DNA from: Phoronis australis | Taxonomy: Eukaryota; Animalia; Phoronida | Direction: 5' to 3' | Length of the DNA stretch: 64,000 nt | Assembly (NCBI GenBank): GCA_002633005.1 | Contig: NMRA01000558.1 | Span: forward strand, 134,441 to 198,440 | In this document: positions 51,263-61,589 of the stretch, in pieces | How the letters are laid out: the number at the start of each line of letters is the position of its first letter | Numbering within the stretch: position 1 is the stretch's first letter | Notes under the pieces: model-generated | Database searches by the model: none | Told to the model about the DNA's origin: nothing | The model's input: the letters and a program-made list of their open reading frames with translations, nothing else | Program-made: the position numbers and the translations under genes

Positions 51263-52308
51263 TGTGATATCAACACAACATAGGCCATGAGTACATGTAT
51301 ATACATCTATTTGAAAACACCCTTTGACGCAAAGCAGCGATTAATAGCAAAGTCAGTGCACACAGCCCAGTAAGTCTGCCTTGATTTTTCTTTTTTGCAA
51401 GCAATGCACTTTCAACTTGACATGGCCACAAAGTACGGTAATTCCCTCAGCCAAAAGATATACGCAATGTTTCACTTACTGAAATTCATTGATTGTCTGT
51501 TTTGCATAATGTTTAGTAATTTTTGTTGATTCTGTTACTATAGATATAGTTGCGCAATGCCGAAAAGCGGATAAGCGAACATTTTGTATGAGCCTATAGT
51601 TCCAGGGTATTACGAGTATGAAAGGATCCGTAAAGTTTTATCCACACTCTTTTGACCGTAGGTTTTGTTTGCTCAGTCTTACCTGGCACACTCGTCTGGT
51701 GAATCAGGCACATTCGAAAATACCACAGCGCCCGTTCATTCTACGGAGTTGTTACCCAAAAGGCTGCGTGACAATAGGTCACTTGCCAAACAGTTATTGT
51801 TTACATCGTCATCCTGCTAATTAGTACCTTGCAACAAAGGTATTTTGGCGTTCTTTCTATTGCTGATAAGTTTTACGCCCGATTGTTGCATCAAGTCCAA
51901 AGAAAAAATAATCGGGATCAGCAGCGCGGTATGGCGTAGTTCTTTTCCAGGCTCATCCCAGCACAGAATCGTTGAGCTGACTTACCTTTCAAAAAATATC
52001 CGTACACGTACTCAGAAAAAAAAATCATTTCCATTTACTTTACAAAATATTTTTCACAATTAAAATTAATTTTACGCAATTTGATATCATAAATTTTTTT
52101 TTCTGATAGCCAGTCTTCGGTTGAAGACTTTTAAATTGTTACCAAATCAAAGGTGCAAAGGTTCAAACACCAGAAACTTTAGCACTTGAATTTGTTTAAA
52201 GAAGATTCGGAAATACTGCAACCCTTCTCATCAACACGAATTGTCTATTCAAGTGTATTCAAACCTCTCTTTCTGTACTTGGATAGCACGTTTTCCGTTA
52301 TGCAAAAC

Positions 52309-53658
52309 TTTTTTTTTGTAAAATGTATTTATTATCCTTTACAAACAATTACAAAAACAAAACAAACAAATAACTGCACCATTCATTCACGCATGCACAC
52401 CTCAGGAAGACCATTCTCATATCTCGTTTAAAGTAAATATCTTCTACATGAACTTAACATGAACAATAAATTTTTCCCATTTTGCAGAGAAGCTGTCATG
52501 TACAAAGTTGTTATGTGCATTTAATTTTTCAGCATTATAGTATTCATAAGTTTTTGTAACGAACTTGAGAAAATTAGGTATATTTTTGTGACATCTCTCT
52601 TTGTAAATGTACTGTTTAGCTAGTAGAAGTAAAATGTTAAATAGGAAATCTTGCGTCTTGTANNNNNNNNNNNNNNNNNNNNNNNNNNNNNNNNNNNNNN
52701 NNNNNNNNNNNNNNNNNNNNNNNNNNNNNNNNNNNNNNNNNNNNNNNNNNNNNNNNNNNNNNNNNNNNNNNNNNNNNNNNNNNNNNNNNNNNNNNNNNNN
52801 NNNNNNNNNNNNNNNNNNNNNNNNNNNNNNNNNNNNNNNNNNNNNNNNNNNNNNNNNNNNNNNNNNNNNNNNNNNNNNNNNNNNNNNNNNNNNNNNNNNN
52901 NNNNNNNNNNNNNNNNNNNNNNNNNNNNNNNNNNNNNNNNNNNNNNNNNNNNNNNNNNNNNNNNNNNNNNNNNNNNNNNNNNNNNNNNNNNNNNNNNNNN
53001 NNNNNNNNNNNNNNNNNNNNNNNNNNNNNNNNNNNNNNNNNNNNNNNNNNNNNNNNNNNNNNNNNNNNNNNNNNNNNNNNNNNNNNNNNNNNNNNNNNNN
53101 NNNNNNNNNNNNNNNNNNNNNNNNNNNNNNNNNNNNNNNNNNNNNNNNNNNNNNNNNNNNNNNNNNNNNNNNNNNNNNNNNNNNNNNNNNNNNNNNNNNN
53201 NNNNNNNNNNNNNNNNNNNNNNNNNNNNNNNNNNNNNNNNNNNNNNNNNNNNNNNNNNNNNNNNNNNNNNNNNNNNNNNNNNNNNNNNNNNNNNNNNNNN
53301 NNNNNNNNNNNNNNNNNNNNNNNNNNNNNNNNNNNNNNNNNNNNNNNNNNNNNNNNNNNNNNNNNNNNNNNNNNNNNNNNNNNNNNNNNNNNNNNNNNNN
53401 NNNNNAAGACTTTCACTGATGGATTTGGTAAACTTGACAACAAAAAATTAAGTTTAGAAATAGCTAATGTTTTAATTACCGTTACTCTACCAAACGGCGT
53501 TAAATTTCGTCGACTCCAACTTTTTAGTAAAGACTTGATCTCAGTTATTCTTGCAGTGAAGTTCTTATGCGTCATACTATCCAATTGAGTGTCGAAATCC
53601 ACCCCCAAAAATCTAAAAGATTTTTTTGTCCAAGACAAAATTTCTTTTGTAGGAATCA
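52309..53658 (-). mobile_element. 5'-truncated L1/Tx1-clade LINE with poly(A) tail and 13-bp TSD
   Basis: ORF2 pieces FRFLGVDF...WSRRNLTPFGRVTVIKTLAISKL and FNILLLLAKQYIYK...SAKW (stop at 52446-52444); AATAAA and A-tail at about 52309-52335; TSD CGTTATGCAAAAC at 52296-52308 and 53659-53671. Confidence 0.9.
52663..53405. other. Assembly gap (743 N) inside the LINE
   Basis: Run of N. Confidence 1.
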
Positions 53659-54222
53659 CGTTATGCAAAACTTGTTAAAGACACGACAGTTGTTTTTGAC
53701 TATCTTTATTTATTTCCTTTCCATTCGTATCCTCAGACCAAAGTTCGACATTCAAAAGAACATTTGTAAAGTAACTGACCAAGAGACATATCGTGTGATT
53801 TTTAATCATGTTAGACCGGGTGTTTTGCGGGTGCGCTCGGGAACGTACATTGGTGTACACTAGCAAAATGACTGCCGATGAAGTGATTGGTCAACGAGGC
53901 TAGAATATTGAATTACAGGAGTAAGTTGCTTATGAAAAACAGCCAATTCCGTTCCACAAGTGTCTCGCATTTCCAGAACGTGCTCCTCAATAAGGTCATG
54001 GGGTAAACACAAGTCAGGCAATAACCAAACTTTTCCATTTCCAGCAAAAGGTTTATAGAATGTAACCAGCAGATAAATTGGAAGTGTCATGCAACACAGC
54101 CAAAATCAAATAAATGAAAGCTATGTTTTATGTATGTGTATTCGATTTTTCGCCCAACTGCGCATGGGTAGATTATCGAGCCACGTTTTTTTTTTCAGTT
54201 CATTATTCCCCAGGATGATTAG

Positions 54223-55257
54223 AGCTCACTATTGCGGAGTAATAGAACAACATATTTTTACTGCAGTGCGTCAGGTGATTGCAAAAATCTGGCTTCATGT
54301 CTCAGATTTCTCTCTTGCTGTAATTGCAGTAAACCAGCCGGTAATAACACAAGACAAGACGGAACGAGCACAAAACGTGATTCGAAGAGTAGTTCTTCAA
54401 AAGAAACTAAAACTTCAGATGGACGTTGGAAATGGCGCCGATTCTTTTACCAACCTTTCCATCAGGGACGCGACCAGCCCATCAAGCACGGATATCGTGG
54501 TCGGGACTTGATGTCGTACAGGCCTGCAATTATTTACGTTCCCACAGAATTTGCGATACGCGGAAATGAGTACCGAAATTCTACGAATTTGAACAAACGT
54601 TATTTTCAAAACAAACCATTGGACTGGAACCGTGTGCTAGACAAGCGTAAGCCAAAGTTGTCGACCTGGTCTGCCAATCACGACAATATTTACTCTTACT
54701 TTAACCCCAACAACAGAATTCGTCTGCTTCGCCACGATGCGCACAACACCACATCCTCTGGCATACTTTCTGGAAAGTACGTTGTCCCGGTCAAGGGAAC
54801 GGCAATTGCTCAGCGTTCATTGGCACGACCACCCCCCATCATACCATTGCCATTGCGAGTCGTTAGAAGGCACCAACAACAAGTCGTAAACGGCAGTGTC
54901 AGTGCTATGCACACGAGGGTGCCAATTGTTCGCCTCGGGGCCCGCCCCCAGTCGTCACCACCGAGACCACCAATATCTATTGGTAGTCGTCATTTGCAAA
55001 AAGAGATCTTCCGAAGCATTCACCATCACGAAATGCGCCCACCCATTTCAAGACCCAACAAACAGGAAGACACGAGGGAAAGCGAAAAAAGTGGAGACAA
55101 TGACAAACCTCGTGCGAAATATAATCACGTGACTCTATCTATACCTGCGTTCCTCGTTGAAAATGAACTAGTGCGAGAAACGGAAACACTGGCACTGTCT
55201 TGTGACTTGTTTGGAGATGCGTCTGGAATTGAAGTTAGCGAGTTTGCCCAAGTTTAA
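54223..55257 (+). CDS. Orphan ~344-codon open frame, probably a terminal exon; basic, Pro/Arg/Ser-rich with an N-terminal Cys cluster
   Basis: Longest uninterrupted non-N ORF in the window; GC higher than the flanks; polypyrimidine acceptor just upstream at 54186-54198; no family recognised. Confidence 0.5.
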   Translation, partial: SSLLRSNRTTYFYCSASGDCKNLASCLRFLSCCNCSKPAGNNTRQDGTSTKRDSKSSSSKETKTSDGRWKWRRFFYQPFHQGRDQPIKHGYRGRDLMSYRPAIIYVPTEFAIRGNEYRNSTNLNKRYFQNKPLDWNRVLDKRKPKLSTWSANHDNIYSYFNPNNRIRLLRHDAHNTTSSGILSGKYVVPVKGTAIAQRSLARPPPIIPLPLRVVRRHQQQVVNGSVSAMHTRVPIVRLGARPQSSPPRPPISIGSRHLQKEIFRSIHHHEMRPPISRPNKQEDTRESEKSGDNDKPRAKYNHVTLSIPAFLVENELVRETETLALSCDLFGDASGIEVSEFAQV

Positions 55258-55534
55258 AGGGAAGTCCAGCGCATTGTTGTTACCTTCAGTTCAAATGCAC
55301 ATCCCTTGCTATCCATTCCTGTAGAGACATTTTCTGTGTTAATTGCTATATCAAAGGCGTTTACATGTATGTAATATTCATGGAACTTCAGGTGAAAGCA
55401 ATCCGACAAAGGGCCTGCGCCCATTGAGCACACAACATGTACTTAAATTAAATGACTTGTCTTATCAATGCGTTTAGCAAAAAATTAGTGAATGCAGAAC
55501 CAAGATATGTGTCCTTTTACGTCACTTTCTATTG

Positions 55535-55689
55535 CAGTGGAGGATTTAAGGGGGGCAAGGGGGCCATGGTCCCCCCTAAAATTCTCTCAGATTCCATCTG
55601 GCTGTTCGGGAGTGCGAATGTCTGACGGACAAAATATTGGCAAATACTCTGCCTGGACCCCCTAATTCAAAATCCTTGATCCACCCCTG
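55535..55689 (-). mobile_element. hAT-type MITE with 5-bp TSD (TATTG)
   Basis: Ends CAGTGGAGGAT and GATCCACCCCTG; TATTG at 55530-55534 and 55690-55694. Confidence 0.75.
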
Positions 55690-56661
55690 TATTGATCCAT
55701 ATTTTATAAATATGCACACGAGTAACAGTAATAAATACGTAATATGTACTTCCAAGACAACAAGGATCCGTATTTTACTAAACGTAACGTCAAATTGGTT
55801 GTTTTCTATATAATTGCCCGTAGTAAGGACGGCCACAAGACAGAAGCGCTAGTACCTGACTAAGGCGTTATTTGATTGTCTCAGGAGCATTCTACAGGAA
55901 AATGGTAGTTGGCGAGCACATGTGCTTTGTAGCTACATTATGTATCTCATTTTTATGCGCCCACATATTTTTTAATGTGGTCGCATATTGCCGTCATCTC
56001 TGTCTGGGCGTCTGGCGTCCGCAGCTGTACAGCCCTTGCAGGATCTTATTGAAATGTGGCAGGTGTGTTCCTATGGGGTTGACGACAGAGGGCGACGAGT
56101 TTCGGACCGACCCGAATACCGCTGTGGCCTATAGTGGCAATTTTAGTTTTTTACGTTCGCCTCTGTATCTCCAAAGGTACTAAACCGTTTTTCATGAAAT
56201 TTGGCACATAGGCATCTATTAATGACTTGACGCTATCCTCCCGGTTTTGGATGGATTCGAGGCATTTTGCTCCAGATAGTGGTCATTTTTACTATTTTCG
56301 AGTCGTTTTATGGCGTCCACCCCTCTAACAACCAAACCACTTTAAGGGTGATTGTGAAAATTGGCATGTATGTTCTTGCTGTGAAGAAGATAGTTGACGA
56401 TGATTTTCTGACTGCTTAGACTGCTGTGGCGCCTCCTAGTGGCAGTTTTGTTTGTTTTTGTGCTCATGGCTGTATATCCTAAACGCTCTACAGGATCTTT
56501 ATTAAATTTAGCAAATGTATTTATATGAAGTTGACAACGGGTGACGACGACTTTCGGACAGATCGGTCTACCGGTGCGCCCCCTAGTTGCGATTTTAGTT
56601 TATCTCAACGGATTTACATAAAATTTGGCACTTAGACATCTATTAGTGAGGTGACGCTAGC

Positions 56662-57820
56662 AATAGTCCTTTTGCGAGTTTATAACTATAACGCGAGATT
56701 ATATGAGACTCAACTGCGACGTCACGGGAAGTGGGGCAATAGCTTGTCGTTATGGCCATTTGCCCAATACGGTAGCAGAGTGTATTCTGTTATTTTCTTC
56801 GAGTTTTTAGCCGTTTAGTTCGAAAATGCCAAACAAGCATTGCTGTTATGGCTAATGAAATTCAGATTTGCACTACAATACGTTCAATCGCGTTCTGTGC
56901 TAATTTTGTCCCGTGTATTTTAAACGGGAGGTAGGCGAAATCCGCTCACTGATAAGTTTTCACCTCGTCAAAAATACTTTCTACACCTAAAATTATCACC
57001 TAAAACTGCGCTTACTTCCTTCAGTGATCCTTTCTGCTTCTAAACATATCTTCGATGAAACATAGCTACGGGAAGTCAGGTGACTGGCGAAGAATTCCAA
57101 CTCCACTTTGTGGGTAGCCTACTGTTAACTTTGACCGCGCGCGCGATAACCACAAAGTATTTCAACTGAGTCCGGGAAGTACGAGGCAAAGGCTAGCGCG
57201 AGACTGAGCGAAGCGCGAGACCTGGCGCGTGACACTTGCAAAATAGCATGAGAAAATATCAAGTGAAATTTGTAAGATTTGTCTCCCTTGGACTTTTTTT
57301 CCTCAACAGGCGTGATTTCACGTAACTTCCTCAAAATGGCGCACCGTGAGAGAAACTCGAGCGAACCGCGAGGTTTTCATGGATATGTTCAAGTTATTTG
57401 TTGACTAAATGGTATCCAGAGTCAGAGTATGATGTTAATTATAACTCCATGTGCACATATGCATGTTTCATTTGATTTTATTTGCTGTATTTTGAAGTGA
57501 GTAACTTTTTATGGGGATACACTATCGCCCCTGTATGCCCGCGGCATTCAGGCCAAGACCGGGTTGAGTTCCACTGATTTCAGTCCGTTCACACCTTCGC
57601 ACAACATTACAAGTTCACATTTTCTTCGTCCATTTACAGTTATTCCACGATCCATCTACCAACTCTAAAGTTGTGTTAACGTTTTAAGCGTAAAATTCAC
57701 CATAAGAACTCCAGTAAGATTTAGCGTGTGTAGCAAAGACTCGGGGCAAAACAAGAGCAATATGGCGGGTTTTGCCCCTCTTCCGGTGACGTCACATTGA
57801 CTGACGAGAAACTCGCAAGC
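56662..57820 (+). mobile_element. TIR element nested in the HINE; THAP-start relic (PIF/Harbinger-ISL2EU-like)
   Basis: Inverted ends TTGCGAGTTT..GACGTCACGGGAAGTGGGGCAA and TTGCCCCTCTTCCGGTGACGTC..AAACTCGCAA; splits a HINE repeat unit; ATG at 56826 reads MPNKHCCYG**NSD. Confidence 0.6.
56879..57525 (-). mobile_element. Repeat family B copy 2, nested in the THAP relic
   Basis: Homologous to 26741-27312; Tc1/mariner-like end (ATAGTGTATCCCCATAAAAAGTTAC on the minus strand) at one side only. Confidence 0.7.
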
Positions 57821-59237
57821 CTTCGGATAGATTCAAGGTGTTTTGCGCCACCTAGTGGTCTTCGAGTCAACCAAACCACTCAAAGGATGATTGTGAAAGT
57901 TGGCGTGCGTTCTTTCCATGAAGGGGACGGTTGACGGTTCTTTTTCTGACGACTCTGACCACTGTGGCGCCTCCTAGTGGCAGTTTTTTTGCACCCATAC
58001 CTGTATCTCCTAAGCCCTCTGCAGGATCTTTAATAAATTTAGCCCGTATATTTATATGAAGTTAACGAGAGAAGACGACTTTTATACGGATCCGACGAAC
58101 ATTGTGTCCCCTAATGGCAATTTCATTTTTTTTTTTTCGTTTTCCTCTGTTTCTTTGAAGTTCCCCGACAAATTTTAATGAAATTTGGTAAATGGCTTTC
58201 TTTTAAAGAAACAATGACATTTTCTTGTTTTCAGACGGATTCGACGTATTTTGCGCCATCTAGTGGCCATTTTGATAATACAGATAAACAATCCTAAAAG
58301 CACACCATTTTCTATGCATTCGTGGGCGCATTTCAACGCTCCTCGTTGCTCTTGTTATGAGGGCCAGTGGGCCCGTAATCGAACCCCCCCCCCCCCTCCG
58401 CGGAAAAGGTCCAGCCCCAGCCTATCTTTTAAAGATAGGATACAGATGGACAAAAACAAAATTGTTGCAGCTACTGGTACTACTAACTACAATGATAATT
58501 ACGATAGTAATAATTTCGAATTTCCTTCTGATTCAAAGTACTTCACCGCGTAATCACGCTGTACCCGGCCAACTTCAACCCGAGTTGCCGTGTTTACACA
58601 GATGACAGGATCGTGCAGACGATAAGTGGAGCTTTATATGTTATTACAATGACACCGAATGTGCTGGTGGCTACACCATATTGTAACTAGGGAATCTAGA
58701 AGAGAATCCAATGTCTGTACTGGCCTAGCTTAGCTACATAGAGAGAGAGCTCCCAAAAAGTAGTGCGGTGTGAATCCCTTAAAATCGATCAAGAAATAAA
58801 ACGGCAGACAATAGGTGTGTTATCTGATATTATTTGCTAGCATGGTGTGGTAAAGGGCAAGCGTTTCAAATTTGGAATTGAAAGTGTTCGTCAAACACAG
58901 GTACGTTTTTCATACAGTGTCCCCTTCTGTTGTGGACTGGTGGATTGACATGCATGCGTGTACACGTGTGTTTAAATTCAGTAGAAGCCGACGGTAAGTT
59001 AACATAGGCAGCCTTCCGTCGTTGCTCAAAAACCAGAATTTAACTATAACCGTGTTTTCTTGCACTGAGAAAACACAGACGAGCATGTTCACAATTTTGG
59101 GAAAAAGCAGGTCTAGACCCAATAAAAACTTTGGTCAATGGAGATAAACTTCTCTTGTCAATAGTGTCAATGGTGCGCAGCCTCACAGACTTCATACGAG
59201 CAACTAACTTGATGGAAAAGATTTCCAAGGTTAGATG

Positions 59238-59362
59238 CCACTATTCTGAAGGTTCGCTACTTCGAAGGTCCACTACTCCGAATGTTCACTAATTCGAAGG
59301 TCCACTACTCCGAAGGTTCACCACCTTCGAAAGTTCACTACTTCGAATGTCCACTATTCCAA
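59238..59362 (+). repeat. 16-bp tandem array (CCACTACTCCGAAGGT) of about 8 copies
   Basis: Read directly; inverted copies of the same unit at 62395-62437. Confidence 0.85.
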
Positions 59363-59519
59363 AACCAGAACTCCGACAGTTATTTTTTTTTTCTTAAATA
59401 CAAGCAAAGGCCCAGGAGTCGATTTCGCATTATATTTAGGCTCTAATTCACACGCTTGTCCACATTCACTAGTAAAACCTAGCCCAGGGGAGTAGCAGAC
59501 ACCTTTGTGTAATGCTCGA

Positions 59520-59599
59520 TTGTCAGCCAGTGAAGCCAGGATTCCAACCCAGGCCTCCCAAACAGGAGTCCCGACCTCTGACTGTCTGCTAAGGAGTCT
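59520..59599 (-). mobile_element. Degenerate tRNA-derived SINE head
   Basis: Minus strand reads GACTCCTTAGCAGACAG...GGCCTGGGTTGGAATCCTGG with A-box and B-box-like spacing; no full cloverleaf. Confidence 0.4.
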
Positions 59600-60699
59600 T
59601 AACAATCATGAATAAAGTATCGCATTTGTGTCCGTTTATTAACCATTTAAAGAGTGTGCAAAAGTTGAATAGTTCTTAATACATTGATTACCTTGTTTAC
59701 AAATGAGCTCAGTTCCAATCACTGCCAATCGTGAATTTTGAAACAAACTAACGACTCATTCTCAAGCATGGACAACATCTTGGGCAAGGGTCAGGGCTGC
59801 GGCGACCAACGGTTTTAAATTCAAAAAGACGGAATGGGGCTCTCTGACTTCGTGAAGACTGGCAGGGACAGAGTAGCCTGCTAACTATATTTACTTTCGA
59901 CCCGGCCGTGTGCGTGGTTCCGGTGGGTGAGGTTCAGACGCAGCGGCCTAAACTTTTCAGTCGCGCTGTGAAATGAAGCGACCTTGACATGGGTTTGATG
60001 AATGTATCGTGGTTCATAATTCATCAATATTCCCACTCCAACGTTCTCATTTTCCGTGTTCGTAAGACATACAGGCAATTTCGCGTGCGCATGAAATCCA
60101 AACAAAGTATTTCATTATCCGGGCGTTTTTTCGGTATAGGTACATGCACACCATTCAGTGAGTGTATCAAATAACCGAAGTATCATTCACAGCGGCGGAT
60201 CTACGGGGGTCGACACTTCTGAAGTAGCCAAGCATTATAGATGGATCCACCGCTGAAAGAGCAGCTCTATAGCTGATTTCTTTAGGTAACTAGCTTCTTT
60301 ACTCTAAGATATGTTTTGATTTGATTAGGGGAAATATTGTGGTGCCGCAACCCTGATATTCAGGCGAATTGATGTGAAACGTTTTTACCTCATCTGTCAT
60401 GCCGTGCCATCCTATTTCACTCCACACGTTTGTAACTCGAATTTGACTGATATAAAGTAAAGTTGTCTTGCGCTATATCATACAGTGTACATGTACATGT
60501 AATATTTTTGAAAAAAAAATCTTCCGAAGAAATGCTACTGTGGTGGGCGCCGTGGTCTGGTCGCGAGTCAGTTTAAAGATACACTCTAACAAGTTATGTC
60601 TATACAAGGAATGACCAAGGGGGCACTCACATTGACAATGTGACCGCATTCGCGAACAGTGTATAGTACCAGAAATTACGGGGAGGCTGTTCTTTCACA

Positions 60700-61245
60700 A
60701 CAAAGGCTTGCGGGACTCGTGCAATGTTCAATAGGTCTCCTAAGGAGCCCTATTTCCGACCTCAAGAGCTACCGTCTTTCTACCTGCAATAAGCAAACTG
60801 CCGTCTTCTATACTGACAATTTCCACAGAAAGGCCCACCCGATGAAACGCTCATACCCATTGGCATTTATTTGATGTTAGTACTTCGGGTTTCAAGCGTT
60901 CAGACAATGGTACGTTTATTTCGAAAATTGCAAGAGATGCAAATAGGTCCTGGGATACATCGTCAAGGTTTGAACTAGTCCATGATGAACGGATCAAATT
61001 TAGTTGCGCATGTAAGTCTTTTAAATGGACTTGAAAACCTCAAGGGTCTTAGTGCCAACTGAGCTGCAAAACGAGATGCTGGCATTGTAGTGGCTTACAA
61101 GCTCATTGACACAGCAGTTGACGAAGTGCAAGCGTTGGGAACAAACATCGAAGATATCTGGGTAGAATGGTTCCAAGACGAGCAAACCATTGGATCCGAC
61201 ATACAGATTTTTCGGCAGTCTAGACAACAGAAGGATAGAACTAAC
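60700..61245 (+). pseudogene. Degenerate hAT transposase fragment (THAP12/PRKRIR-ZMYM1-like)
   Basis: LENLKGLSAN*AAKRDAGIVVAYKLIDTAVDEVQALGTNIEDIWVEWFQD...RQSRQQKDRTN resembles the KGLSxxLQKRDxDIxxAY...W..RQ..R.N segment; upstream FNRSPK; stops and frameshifts present. Confidence 0.55.
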
Positions 61246-61322
61246 GTATGAGTAACCACTGGGGATTAAAAAGTGTCTAGAGAGAAGTTTTCAATTCAAA
61301 ATTTTTTGCATAGTACACTTTA

Positions 61323-61589
61323 GGTCTCGCGACGGACCAGGTCAGCTTGATTTGCGTAGATATTGAGTTTCAATGTACTTCTGGTCCCTCGGCGAACTAG
61401 TCTTGGGATTTTTTTTACCAAAGTGTGCTTTGTAAAACTATTTATCTCCGCCAGTACTGTTTGGTCCCGAGACAGATCGACTATTTTTATAGGGATAATA
61501 AGCACAGGTGTACTCTTGGTCTCTTGACGGACCAGGTCAGCATTTTTGTGTACTCTCAGTGTACATCTGGTCCCTCTGCAAACTGGACC
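61323..61589. repeat. Imperfect direct repeat with ~195-bp period (GGTCTC--GACGGACCAGGTCAGC...TGTAC-TCTGGTCCCTC)
   Basis: Units start at 61323 and 61518. Confidence 0.7.

Larger units (their letters stand above)
55951..58356 (+). mobile_element. Non-autonomous Helentron-like element (HINE/DINE-1 type) with an internal tandem-repeat core
   Basis: 5' TTTTATGCGCCCACA...TGTGGTCGCATA inverted pair, GTCY-like tract, recurrent AAATTTGGCA/AAATTTAGC units, 3' GTGGGCGCAT subterminal repeat, CAACG..CGTTG hairpin and CTTGTT end. Confidence 0.7.

Noticed and set aside
52607-53451. Long plus-strand ORFs of 266-270 aa
   Set aside because: Artefacts of the N gap; the real coding signal is the minus-strand LINE ORF2.
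53860-54090. Minus-strand 76-aa ORF
   Set aside because: No splice context or recognisable domain; the length is within chance expectation.
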